A stretch of 62,619 nucleotides of DNA, the filler included, from Sphacelaria rigidula (Eukaryota), in the NCBI GenBank assembly GCA_964200075.2. It is 11 parts of 11 records of this genome, joined end to end, with 100 filler letters (N's around TTAATTAATTAA, not from the genome) between each part and the next. Parts side by side here need not be neighbours in the genome. Positions count along the whole stretch, not along the records: positions 1 to 5,603 come from CAXNAA020025954.1; positions 5,704 to 11,305 come from CAXNAA020025955.1; positions 11,406 to 17,007 come from CAXNAA020025956.1; 8 more parts are not named here. The stretch is one strand, 5' to 3'. Shown piece by piece: positions 1-12,173 of the stretch. Every line of letters starts with the position of its first letter. The first letter of the stretch is position 1. A program made the position numbers and the translations under genes. Below the pieces are notes generated by a model. The model did not search any database and was not told the origin of the DNA. It was given only the letters and a program-made list of their open reading frames with translations.

Positions 1-1
1 C

Positions 2-3000
2 TGGGTTTTGGAATGATCGGATGAGAAGATGTAGTGTCGGCGGTGGTTGTAGGTGGTAGCCACGGTGATGCGGCAGCGGGGAAAGGTTGCGGTAGTGTTG
101 GTGCGGCGGCGGCGTCGGCGGCGGAATGATTGCTCCCCCCCCCCCCCCGACGTCGGGCGTCGCCGGCTGAAAACAAATTTGTCGAGGTACTGTCCACGCC
201 ACATTATTGGTGTAGCAAACAGCACCTGTGTCGGCCTTGAGAACTTTGACCGTTGTAGAGGAGTGGTTGCTGCCGTTGTTGAGGTAGAAGCAGCGTACGG
301 CTTGGACGTCCATCTTCGATCTTCGGGTGACACGCATCATCCCAGGTTGTAGAAATGGTACGATTTGGAGAGGCGGCTGTCGCCCGGTGAAGATTTGGTA
401 GGGAGGCAGCTTGCCGGGGTTAGCCGTAGTTGCGGAGCGGTTGAAACCATCAGCTGCCCAGACGGCGGCCTCTAACCATAGACGGTCCAGGTTACCTCCC
501 AGGTGTGGAACCTCGGCAAAATTGATGTCCGGGAACAGTCGTGACGCCTCGCATCGTGCGGCGTGCCCGGCCTTCATAGTGCGCCAGATTGCGCTTTCGG
601 CGACCGCGTTCTGCTTGGGAGTATCAGGCGCGGTGGTCTCGCGGCGAATGCGGGCGTCATCACAGAAGTCAATGAAGTCTTGGGAGAGAAACTCACCACC
701 GTTGTCGATGCGGAAGCAGCGCGGGATACCGTAGCGGTTGATGTCAGCGAGGTAGCGTTTCTCCATCGCCAAGGCACCCGCCTTCTGTGCTAGCCCGTAC
801 AGCATGATCAAACGAGATTTACTGTCGACACAGGCTAGCATGTACATGGACCCTCCCAGAGTACGTGTATGAGGTCCGGTCAAGTCGAGATGCACGATGT
901 CTAGGACCGTCAAAGCACGCAAGCTCGAATGCGGAATACCTGCCCGTCGTCCCTTACTCTCGAAGCATCCTTCGCACGGTTCAAGTCGGCCGGTGAGGAT
1001 GATGCCCCGCTGTGCGGCAGTTGCTCGAAGGATGGTCTCATTCGCGTGGTAGAGGGAGACATGAAAAAAATTGATGTCCACTCGGCTCCGTGGTTTGCCG
1101 ACCGTGAAGGGTCCTCGACTGGGTGCCAGTACTGCCAAAGCCATGTCTGCTCTCTCCCCCTCACTCAACTCCTCAAGACTCAAAAAAGGGGGAAAAAAAT
1201 CATTGGAGGAAGTACCGTCTATTCCCAACAGTAACTGATCAGAAAACATGCTGAGGTCGCATAGTGGTAGCCCGGGAACAACATACAGCCCTAAAGCAAC
1301 AGTAGAAGTGCTATCATTCGAGGGTATGCTGGGGGGAACACTCGTAGCACTCGTCTCCGGGGGGATAGGAGCAGAACTCGAGGGAGCACTCGTGACATTC
1401 TTCTGTGGGGGGATAGGAACACCAGCTTCTTGGGGTCCGAAATCAGAAGTCGGGGGAATCTCAGTGATACTTGCTTGTTGTGGAGTGGAAATAGGAACCG
1501 TGTCTTTTGTGGCCGCAACAACAGGCGTAACTAAGGGCATCTGTCCGTAGGTAGACGGGAGACGTGACGCGTATTGTGATGATGAACGCTTAGTGCAGTC
1601 AAACCGTAATTTGCCATCGAATAAATGCACACCTTCTTTGTCGCAGATGACTCGTTGGTCCTTTGGGGCCCTGTGGATGGAGAATAGATTAAACTGAATT
1701 CCATCCAATACATACACATCCGTCAGCAATACACACACTGCGTCAACATGGGGGGAATTGTCTGCACGTGCTTGGTAAAATCTCAATTTGAGACTCCCTA
1801 CAGCCTTAACCGGCAGTACCGTACCATCACCCAAAATAACACTCTCGTTCCCCTGCGGTGGAGGGTGAGTATCAAAAACATGAGTGATATCCCCAGTGGT
1901 ATGGTGTGATGCGCCTGAATCTGCTATCCATATCTCTGCATCAGGCACGGGTACAGATCTGGATCGATGTAACATGACTCTACTGCTAATGTCGGGGTCA
2001 CCTAAACTAAAAACTGGTTCCTCTGGCACGGCAGAAAGTGCCATGTATACACTATTACCAGAGTCATCAGCAGGCGGCAGATCGGCAGTTAAGGTTGGAT
2101 GGGGGTATACCGGATGGGAGTAATTGTCGGGTGACTCGTGGTAGAGTGAGGAGTATGGCGGTGGTGGTGCATGGGAGGGAGGATCATGATGGGTGCGGTC
2201 TGGCGGTGGAAGTTGTGATGAGTGATGGGGCTGTGGTTCGGTTGACAAGGAATGATATTGGGATTGGTGGTGTCCTGAAGACTGTGGCGGATGGTGATTG
2301 GCTGATGGAGGTGGTGTGTTGTGGGGGAGGTGTTCCTTGATGGTGGTAGGCTGTGGCTGGAGTTGATGTTGGGAGGTATGGTATTGTACTGTGTGGGCAA
2401 AACCGGCTTCGTTGAAAGTATCGTCCTCGTAGACAAAGTTATCAACGCTCTCCTGATGCTGGTACGGGGCATCAGTCTGCTGGACGGTGTTGGCTTGTGG
2501 TTGATGGGTGTGGATTTGGTGTTGAAGATGCGGGTAGTAGGATTGTGACGATATATGATTAGCTGTGTGGTTGGATTGTTGTCGGTGACGTGTTGGGCCC
2601 GTGTGAGTTGGTTGGTGTTGCTGGGGAATTGGGGGTTGCTGGGTTTCGTGATGTTGCATGTGGTACTGACGAGGAGGGCAGTTGGGACAATTAAAAGGGC
2701 AACGGATTTGATAAGTTCTTTGGTTTGGTTGGTGAACCCTACCGCGGCCTGGTCCCGAGTGACTCCATGGACTGTTTGGTCGCCATGGCTGTTGTCTCGG
2801 GGAATGCCATCCCCCCCGACCACCATGACCACTGCTGATGTATTGCTGTGAGCCATGGTTGGTATGGAAATCGGATCGATGTGGGTTAGAGGGGATGTGG
2901 TGGTTGTGGTGGTTGGGTTGGTTTTGCGGATTGTGGGATCTGCGGTTTCCCCCGTTCTGCCTTCTGCCAGGTGATCCATGGCCCCTTCCACCAGTACTAG

Positions 3001-3793
3001 AGGCGGAAAGTGCATGGTTCGAGGTTTTGTTCTACCTGTCTTTCAACAACTGCGATTCTGCATACGCATTTCCTAGCTGGCGGGTTACCTCATCTATGCT
3101 TATCTCTCGTAGTGCTAGTAGGTTCCTACGCTCGTGCTCGTACTCTGATGAAAGGCATCTTACAATATGCCTGTTCGCTTCACAGTCCGAGAGAACTACA
3201 TCGAATTCTTCACGCTTCGTACGAATAAACTGGGCCCGCGAAAGAAAGTTCATTGGTAATTCACCGTCAGCCATCTGCAACGTTTACCAGTCGTGTTCCA
3301 GCTTGGCTTTCTCTGAGGCTTCTGGAATCCTGTAGTACTGAACGATGTAATTCCAAGCTTGACTTGGACTCGCAAGCATATCGATATGTCTCACCAAGGG
3401 AGGAAAGGTCACTTTATCGAGTATTATGCTCATAGCCCTTTTGGCCTTATCGACTGCTTCGTTTCCAAAACTTGATCGTAAATCGTCCTCGTTTTCACTG
3501 TGAACCCTGATGGGGTTCTCAACTAGCAAAGCGTCATAACAGTTCTCATTCTTGAAATAGGCACACATCTGGATGTAGAATACCTCGAACCTATCCCTGA
3601 CATTGGTAGATGTAGCAGCTTTTTCATCCCAAGGTAGGATGCTTTTGTTGCTGCGAATGCGATGAGAATTGGGGGCGTGAGGGGTGTGGAACGGTGCTTG
3701 CTGTGCTGTTATAGCATGCATCACCGGTGTGTTGTTCATTCTCTGTTGCATCCTACTCAACTGTTCAGTCAAAAATCTTACTTGTTCTTCCAT
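2..3793 (-). pseudogene. copia gag-pol frame with two premature stops in gag (3284-3286 TAA, 3032-3034 TAG); open from 3031 off the window edge
   Basis: Track ORFs 3284..3793 and 3032..3280 share a frame with the DSG and integrase codons (codon starts 1921 and 901). The 3031..2 segment is probably absent from the track because it has no stop. Confidence 0.85.
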
Positions 3794-4028
3794 CGTGGGG
3801 TGTTGACTCTCTTACATATTAAAACCTAGTCAAATTATCAGCCTCGCTCAATCTGTAATCAAACCTGTCAAACTTCACACCTCTCTCAAATATTCCTCGA
3901 CTTCAACCCTGCTCTTGCTCAAACTCTCCCACTTCGACTCGAACTCTCCTCTTGCTCAAACCCTCTCCAATCTCAAACCCTTCTGCAACGGCGGTGATTC
4001 TTATCGCAAGCGTAATCGACCGCTCTGA

Positions 4029-4497
4029 TGAGGGGTAAGCGTTCACACAGATAAAGTGGGTGAACAGCATTCAACACCTTGGCTCAGGCAAATAGCAATG
4101 TTCCAGAACGTTGGTATTATCTCTTCACTTCACCCTGTTCACTCTCACACAATCCAATCAACTCAGTCACACAGTAACACACGCTCAATATCCCTCTGAC
4201 TTCAGTATCACTCTCATAGACTCACCACGTGCACTTGTGTTAACCCCCCAGAGCAAGGTAGGCAGTTGGCACCCAGAACCTAGAACCAAGATGGACCAAG
4301 ATGAAACGACTGAGGAGGGCGGTGCGCAACCAGGATGCTCGTACTGCACACGTGATTGTACCCGCATACCCTACGTCATTATACATGATCCCTCTGATTG
4401 GTCACCTAGTCCTCCGCAATTGCAACATGGTCCATGCTATTTGTACCGCATTATATCCTGCATCTCTGTTGCCCATGGCAGAGCGTGAGCATAGTCA
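4029..4497 (-). repeat. putative 5' LTR of the copia element, followed by an initiator tRNA-Met-type PBS (~4021-4029)
   Basis: On the minus strand the segment reads TG...CCCCTCA, then TCAGAGCGG, which matches part of the canonical TGGTATCAGAGC PBS. The outer boundary is inferred only from a TG/CA end because no second LTR is present. Confidence 0.55.
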
Positions 4498-5299
4498 ATT
4501 AAGGTGGTAGCGTGTAGCTTGTAGCTTGTAGCTTGCCGGGCGAGAGGCCAACGGCTACAATGCCCTGGGTCCAGAGGCTACAACGCTCTATTACTGCTGT
4601 ATCATCATTAGCGTAGTGGCATTCATTTGTTGTTTTCGTGCATGGATTAGGGTGTAGTAGGTGTGCGTGTGTGTGTCCTGGCTGCGTGCATTCGCTCCTG
4701 CTGAAAAGCGGCGCAATTCGTCCGGGACTGTCACACACAGACGTGACGGACAGATTTGGGGTGTGGTTGCAGATATCTGGCTCATGTGCGAAACAAGAGG
4801 GAAATAATGAACTCAAGCTAAACCGCTGATCCGTCTTGCCCCGTTACCCCAAGCTAAATGTCAACCTCTATGGCCCATTTGTTATATCGACCCTTCTACA
4901 ATCCCCCTCGCATTAGCCTAGGTTATTCACAATCGTACCCGTCCCACAAACCGCAGATCCCGCTACGCTCCGATCTTTCACGTAGGACCATCCCCACCTT
5001 CCTCAAACCCTAGGTTTCCTCATAACTTTCTTCCCCCTCTCAAGTGGTAGACAAACCTCATCTTAATACCGGTTATAGTTCTGATATTCGCAATAAACAA
5101 ATGTTTCCGATCGTTTTGTAATACCTGTTGGGCACGAGTATACATTCGGAAACGCAACCAGTGGGTGCCAAAGACTACGCAGCTAGACCTGGACGAGTAG
5201 TGGGGTGATGACTGAGTAGACGTCGACCCAACGAACAACGCACAACGGTGTGTTAACATAAACAATGGTACTTTTGATTGGAAAGGCGCCGGAACCGAA

Positions 5300-5485
5300 G
5301 ACACTTTCTACGATAGCCCCCCCCCAAAAGTGCACGGTTTTGGGAAGTAAAACTTTGACGTGAGCCGAAGCGGGAAAAGCCGAGCACAACGAGCACCTGG
5401 GCATTCCCACGCTTGGTTTCGTTCTAGTCAATGTCGCCAACATGAGGCGCTTCATGCAGCCTGAACCCAAACATCAGGCACTGTA
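5300..5485. mobile_element. MITE family A copy, interrupted by a telomere-repeat MITE
   Basis: Begins GACACTTTCTACGATAGCCCCCCCCCAAAA; its interior is homologous (reverse complement) to 36681-36928. Confidence 0.75.
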
Positions 5486-5603
5486 TTGTAATGCGTGAGA
5501 GGACCGCGTGCTTAGAGGACCGCATCGGAATTTGAACACCCCTATGGTTAGGGTTAGGGTTAGGGTTAGGGTGGAGGTTGAGGTCAGGGGCGTGGTACCT
5601 CCA
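5486..5603. mobile_element. telomere-repeat-bearing MITE, truncated by the contig end
   Basis: TA followed by TTGTAATGCGTGAGAGGACCGCGTGCTTAGAGGACCGC, then a (TTAGGG)4 tract at ~5548-5571. It matches 32905-33117 in reverse orientation. Confidence 0.8.
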
Positions 5604-5703
5604 NNNNNNNNNNNNNNNNNNNNNNNNNNNNNNNNNNNNNNNNNNNNTTAATTAATTAANNNNNNNNNNNNNNNNNNNNNNNNNNNNNNNNNNNNNNNNN
5701 NNN
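5604..5703. other. artificial contig spacer (N-TTAATTAATTAA-N, 100 bp); also at 11306, 17008, 22710, 28412, 34114, 39816, 45517, 51218 and 56919
   Basis: Identical 100-bp spacers with stops in all six frames occur at 5702/5701-bp periodicity. Confidence 0.97.
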
Positions 5704-6186
5704 AGGTATAGGCATTACTAGACATGGGGTTTAATCAACGAGAAAATATGGGCCCAAACTTTTGAGCAGATGGGTACCTTCCCCTTGAATGGATGATTAA
5801 TGCGATGTGCGGATCACGGCCCAACTCGTCCGTGTTAACGAGATATTGCTTTTAGAGCTTGAATCCATTTTTAGGCTGGCCCAGCTCGTATAGCGTTGCA
5901 CTCTCTGGGCAAAGTCAAGCGTTGCACTCTCTGGGCAAAGTCAAGCGTAGCAGGCACAACCAAAACGCGTCGTCCTTGAGAAGGTCGACGGTTAATAAAC
6001 GCGCCACCATGACGGGGGCACACAGGCCGTTCTGGAAAACGTGTTGTACAGGACGAAGCGTGGCTCGGAACAGAGGTAAATCTGTCTGTCTTACCGTGTT
6101 GGGCTCTTTGTCTGTCTGCCCTCCATAATGTTTTGTCCTGCTCCGCGTGGTGCTGTTTTTTTTTTTTTTTACTCCACGTGGGACAG

Positions 6187-9100
6187 GATGAGGAGAGCAT
6201 CCTCACGGTCTCTCGATTCTCCGGCGTGTTCCTTCTCATGATGTATTGCCAGCTCCTTGTGTTCCAGGTGAGGAAGTTGATCATGGAATGCTACGAGTCA
6301 ATACGGACTAAGTTGTTTCTGTTGTGTTGGTGAACGACGGTTTTATGTGCATCGACCTCATTAAAGAATGGAGCCCAACAGATTTGTTGAACGGAGGTGT
6401 GAGAGACAAACCTTCGAGTTTTTTTTCCCTTCAGGTGCGGAATTGCTGACCCAATCCGCGATACAAAAATGAAAGGCACGTACCGGGGGAGAGATGGGGT
6501 GATCCCTTGAGACCACGGACTCATCCCGAGGAAGGGGAGGGGTTCAAAGTGTGGGGGGAATAAAACAATGTGAGGGGGGCTCGGCTTGACCTGATATTCA
6601 CGTGTATACGAAAAGTGGCGGAAATGTTCACCATACTGTGTACGCAAATGTTGTGTCCCATCGCGCTGACTGCACCGATGATCCGGCCTTTGATGAAATG
6701 CGGGAAATAATGAGAAATAATCCACCTTGTGCTTCCGGAGGAAACAGATGGAGCAAATATTGCGAGCGTAATCACCCGTAACTCTTTTTTTTTTCATGTC
6801 TTGCGTTCATCCGGGCAAGCTCGCAGTGACAAATGACAGTTGGGAATCAGAAAAAATGTTTTCACTGGTTTTGAAAACGGGCTCGAAACGCTCTTGACTG
6901 ACTGCCGGCGTTTTCGGATCAATTTTGTGTGAAATCATTCAAGCATCCCCCCCCGCCCCCCGCCCCCCGCCCCTCGTCCCCCTCCCCCTCCCCTACTGTA
7001 CCACCACTGTACAGAGGCGTTGATCCGTGGGTTTTTCCAGCGATGGTTTCGGTTGGGTTAATGTTTCCGCCCCGGGATACGAATGCACATTCATGAACGC
7101 ACTACTTCTACCACTGCTACCACGACTGTCATGTGGATGTTTTTTATTGGCCCACCGTCCACTCACGATTTTCCCCGAGGTCTCAGTGTTGCACCAGTCA
7201 GGTGGCGCCACCGCTTGCGAACAGCCTGTTTTGCACGAGGCTCGTGGCTTACTTTATTCTGTTGTGGGCAACCAATGGCGACTATATGAGAAATAGTGTC
7301 CGATTCATTACAGGCGTCACAAATTTGTGCACAAATTCTTACATTTTTACTATTTTTGCTCAATTTATTTTGTGCCATATTGCTGAAGTGGTCGGGTGAC
7401 CCGTACGCATGCCCCCAAAAGTGTTGTCTCATCTGCGCAGCCGAATGTATTTTGAGGTTGCTGAAGCCCTGTCAACGATCCCCTTGGTGGCGAGTTTTCG
7501 GGACCCCATTACAGTGCTGTCTGTGCAGGAGCCATCACTCGTGTGTGTTATTCAGGAAGTGGTGAACTATGTGCTGGCGTCTGTGTCATTTTGTGCCTCT
7601 CTGCGACGTTCCAATTATCTTTCAAGAAACTTCAACGTGTTTTGTTCTGTTTTCTCCGCTGTTTTTTTTTTTTTTTCACCAGTTCAAAACCCACGCCCAC
7701 CTGTTCGTGGACACAACCGAAGATGAACCGAACCTGAAGTTGTCGACGTCTCTCGCCGGTTTGACCATCATCACGCTGCTCGTGGCCCTCCTGTCTGAGT
7801 ACCTCGTGGACTCTATTGACGGTTTCACCGAAGAGGTACTGTACTCGTATCGTGCATTTTTTTTCTTTCTCTTTTTCCGTGTACTAAGGCAAGCAACAGT
7901 GAGTACACTCCTCCCTCGCCCACATGTTCGCCCTCTCGGTTATGCATGAATTGGTTGAGAGGGACGCACGTTTTTCTTGATCCACCTAGCAGCAAGTCAA
8001 GTTGTGTGCCTTCCGATCAGTTTCGGAAGGTTGTTGTTACCCACCCGTGTGTGCGGAATCAACACAGCCCGTGCTCGGGTGATACTCATGCAGTGGTGAT
8101 TGTTATTGCTGTTGTTTCAATGGACAAGAGGATAGAGGGGATGAGCTCTCGCGACAGCTTTTCAACCCCTCCTCATGCTCCGTCTCGAAAGGGATGCGTG
8201 GTCAATGGTCAAACGACGAAGGCAAGCAACAAATGAGTACGCCCCCCTCCTCCTCTCGAACCGTGGTGTGCATGTGTTTTCAAGGCATCGCGTGCTGTTG
8301 TTACGCCACGTGAAAGAAGAAAAAAAGAAGCAACATGTGGTTAGGCAAGTAGTATTATGGCACAAGCTCTTCTACGTTGTTGTTGCTGTTGATGGTTGAT
8401 GTCTGGAGACTAACTGTATCCCTCGTGTTTGTTTTGGTCGCTTGCACGTAATCTCCGTTTCACTTTTTGTCTCTCCTCTCCATTTTTTTTTCTGACAATC
8501 GCTCTTTGAAGGGTTTGTCACCACTAAAGGGCAGAAAGAAAAGTTGAAGGATAAAAACCAGTCGTCATTCAGCCCCTCACTCGCCGTTTCTCTCTCTCTT
8601 TCTCTTGGGCGGTGCTAAACGCAGGCACGTCTCAGCAAATCATTCGTGGGTCTCATCCTCTTACCGATCATCGGAAATGCCGTGGAGCATATCACGGCCG
8701 TCACTGTTGCTATGAAGGTATGACGTGTTGTCGTTACCGTCGTTCTCGAAGGGTACTGTCGTCGAGAAAGTAGTCTTTTTTTCGGTGCCAATCGTGATTT
8801 TTTGTGTTCACAATGACGATGGGAGTTTTTTCAATGAAGTGCGGCTGTAAGTTGGTTGAGACGTCGTTGTAGGTCGTACCATCACGGCCGGCTTTTGTTT
8901 CGGCGGGGGAGGGGGGAGACGATTTTTCACATATCGACATAACCTAGTGGTGCATATGTTTTTTAGTTGACTTTGTACATGTTGGTGAAGAACTTCACAT
9001 GTCAGAACTAAATATGATATTTCACGTTATTTTCTCATGCCACCCCTCATCATAGTCGTACAACTACCACTTCTACTGTACGCGGCCGACTTTCTTAGAT

Positions 9101-9844
9101 GTCCGCGCGTTTTTTTTTTTTTCACGTCCGTCGCAAAAAAAGCGCTGTGCTTTCTCCCAGATGTTGATAACTGTTTTTCGCGTAATTCGTGTGGTACTGT
9201 ACCTCCCCTATTTCGTCTTATTCAGAATAAAATGGAGTTGGCCATGGGTGTGGCCGTCGGCTCCGCGACTCAGGTGTCAATGTTCGTCGTGCCGGTTGCC
9301 GTGCTATCTGGATGGGCAATGGTGAGCGAGAGTAGTGGAGCCGAGCTCGAAACATTCTGACTAATATGTCCACTGCTAAGGAATATCTTGAACAGTGTTT
9401 TTCACGGGTCCACTTTTTTTTGTTCGAAACCTACGAATATTTCGTGTATAGTGTGTGCTGCCCTTTCGCCGCTCTCTTGTCACTTGTGAACTGCGTTGAT
9501 CCTCGTCGATCGTTTCCGCGTGTTGCGTGTTTTTTCTTGGTTCACAGGATCGTCACATGTCCCTCATGTTCCCCAACGAGGAAATCGTGCTGGTGAGTGT
9601 TTCGAGATGTTCGCTGCTCTGAGTAGACTTACAGTGTAGTATAATTCAGCACAGAACTCCGCCACCCCCCCCCCCCCCCCCCCCCCCCCCCCCACACCCC
9701 CCCCCCACACAAATCATCCCCTTATGTAGATGACGAGGAGCGAGCCACAGANNNNNNNNNNGGGAATCGTTCGGGGGAGTGTTTGGAGGTGGTCCCCTCC
9801 CCGAGTAAACCTACAGTGTAGTATAATTCAGCCCAGAACCCCCC

Positions 9845-9875
<31 letters not shown>

Positions 9876-11210
9876 ACATACTCTTACAAGTATCTTCGGA
9901 TTCATAAGGTGATGAGCGGTCGCAAGCAAAAGAGCCCAAGATATTCGCCAGTTATGAAGAAATTACAACATGAGAACTTCAGGCGCCCAGTACTGTACGT
10001 ACCTACCACACCACCCTGGTCACGGCCAATCCTTGGCTAACTAAAAAAAAGGAAATTTGCCTCGCTTTGAAAATCCTTGAGAAGATCCACATTCGGGAAC
10101 ATCTTAAGCCCTAGCGACGTGGCGGTTCCGCAAGATTGAAGGTCTATATAGTAGCGCCTTCGTTCAATTTTATCTTTCACGTATCGTTCTACAGGTTCGG
10201 TCACTTTTAAGTTGTCTTTTTTCTTTTCGTACCTGTGCAGTCGTTCCTGCCGTTTCCCCGCGGTGAAGTAAATGGTGTGAACTACTGCTGGCTTCCATTG
10301 GTCTGAACAGGGTCATTCTTCACCATCAATATTGGTATATTGCCGACGTATGGGGGTATATAGGTATGTAGTGGGTGGTGAGTATGCACGTGGTCCGGCA
10401 CGGAGTTCTATTAGTATTTCATCTTTTACGACGATCGGTTGCTACTGGACGGCACCCTTTTCTTACCGTCATCGGAAAGCCACACGTCGCACACCACAGA
10501 GTAGAAACACGGAAGTGCTCTACGTACACGCACAGCTTTTTACTAAAAATGTCATCATCCTTGCATCGACGAGACAGTCTTCGCCCATCCGGCCCACAGG
10601 TGAAACGGGGGTGTCGGTAATCGCGAACTGAACGTAGCTTCATTGCAGCTAGCTTTGTGGTTCGAATGGTGTAGGGCCCCCGTTTTTGCGTTTGCTTCGA
10701 AATCTCCCTTCAATCTGATCATAAAATGCATGTACCAGTATCATAGCGCTCTGCTCCCGTGCGCAAGCAAGGTCTTTCAGACTTGTTCTTCATTGGATTT
10801 ATCGCCTTTCACTTGCATGATTTTTTTTCCTTCAATCCTCAACCCATGTGGCGTCAGCAGAGGCGATGCTACCCAAGTATTTACTTTCATTTTCGAAGTA
10901 AGCATGATGTGAATCCAACAGATGGGACACCCCTGTGCGGCGAATAGGTCAACCCAGCTTGTCGTACGTCTGCTGACCGCTTTCGCACCGCCTCCGTCGG
11001 TACCACCACATCGCCTGCGGCACCGCTCCAACGCCCATGCCTTTCAATGTCGTTGTTGTGTCTGGTGCTTCTGCTGCTGCTGCTGCTGCTCCGTCGTTTA
11101 CCCGCTGTTATGTGCGCGATTTTTTTATGTTGTCGTTCTCGGAACAGTATGTTCTATCCATCATCATTGTGACGACGTGTGTGAGTAATGGCACTACCAA
11201 CTGGCTACAG
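6187..11210 (+). CDS. CAX: vacuolar cation/H+ (Ca2+/H+) exchanger, CAX family, partial; exons 6187-6267, 7683-7835, 8625-8717, 9226-9321, 9548-9592, 11148-11210
   Basis: Six phase-0 AG/GT exons splice to [13 protein letters not shown]...[11 protein letters not shown]...[37 protein letters not shown]...[26 protein letters not shown]...|DRHMSLMF...|...SNGTTNWLQ. This includes the CAX GNAxEH and GSxxQ motifs. Confidence 0.95.
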
Positions 11211-12173
11211 GTGAGATTTTCTAGATTTTTTTTCATCACTTCCTTCAGAGGGCGGGGGGGGGGGTACACATGATCTTGCATGCCATATTCGTATGACCCT
11301 TGGTCNNNNNNNNNNNNNNNNNNNNNNNNNNNNNNNNNNNNNNNNNNNNTTAATTAATTAANNNNNNNNNNNNNNNNNNNNNNNNNNNNNNNNNNNNNNN
11401 NNNNNGTAGGAACGGTGCTCCGTCTCGAAAGGGATGCGTGGTCAATGGTCAGACGACTAAGGCAAGCAACACATGAGGACCCCCTCATACACACACACAC
11501 ATCAGCAACAAGATTGCATAAAAGTCGGTGTGAACGTGGTGACGGTGTACAGTACGAAATCCAAGCGATTTCCCTACTTGAGTATATTCTGTTCATCTTT
11601 GATCCTTGAGCGCTATAAGGCCAATCGATACCTTCATTACTGTGGTACGGCGATACAAGGGCTGTAAGGTATCTGGGCTAACATGCTGACCAGATTGAGT
11701 ACAACTATTGTTCGCGGTCGTGGCTGCGAGGTGCGACGGAGACTTGAAGATATATATATATATATTTACATACATATTATATATATATATGTACCAGAAA
11801 CTCGTATCCTCGTGCTCCAGTTTCAATGTTCAAACGAGCCACGTTGGGTATTCGAGAAGTTCTCGCAAGCGTTTCAGATAACCCTTACAACCGTATATGT
11901 GCTACAGTATTCCACACACATTCCATGACACAGCGGGTGACCCTCCAGGCATACAGAACGCATGTTATGTTGTGTTGACCGGTTCGTGCTCTACCCATGG
12001 AAGGTTTCGACACCCAAAGTAACGGTTTCCACATTCCTTTATCGTTTCATCAGTGAAACCCTGTCGGTCGAACAACGCCGTGATGATCTGAACGATATCC
12101 CTCTGTACATATCCCCCTCCTCCTCTGTTTTTGAATTATCCTGTTCTTCCTCCAATGCACCTTGCTGACGCAG

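Larger units (their letters stand above)
1..4497 (-). mobile_element. Ty1/copia LTR retrotransposon, 5' half (LTR, PBS, gag, protease, integrase); RT/RNase H lie beyond the contig end
   Basis: One minus-strand frame gives gag (3793-3032), protease WIADSGASHH (~1930-1900), integrase zinc finger H-VSLY-H...CEGC (~1065-960) and DDE core (VHLDLTGP ~895, RIDNGGEF ~705, QNAVAE ~605). PR followed directly by IN is the copia domain order. Confidence 0.95.

Noticed and set aside
1125..1165. dUTPase motif-V-like peptide ESRHGFGSTG on the minus strand
   Set aside because: It is out of frame with the copia pol frame, which reads EGERADMALAVLAP, and no other dUTPase motifs are present.
2089..3015. 308-aa Thr/Pro/His-rich ORF
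   Set aside because: Alternate-frame shadow of the low-complexity copia linker.
5548..5571. TTAGGG tract near a contig end read as a true telomere
   Set aside because: It has only four units and lies inside a MITE.
5648..5659. Periodic TTAATTAATTAA every ~5.7 kb read as a biological repeat
   Set aside because: It is an assembly linker embedded in Ns.
9628..9880. Direct repeat TACAGTGTAGTATAATTCAGC plus C-run
   Set aside because: It straddles a 10-N gap and homopolymers, so it may be a scaffolding overlap artefact.
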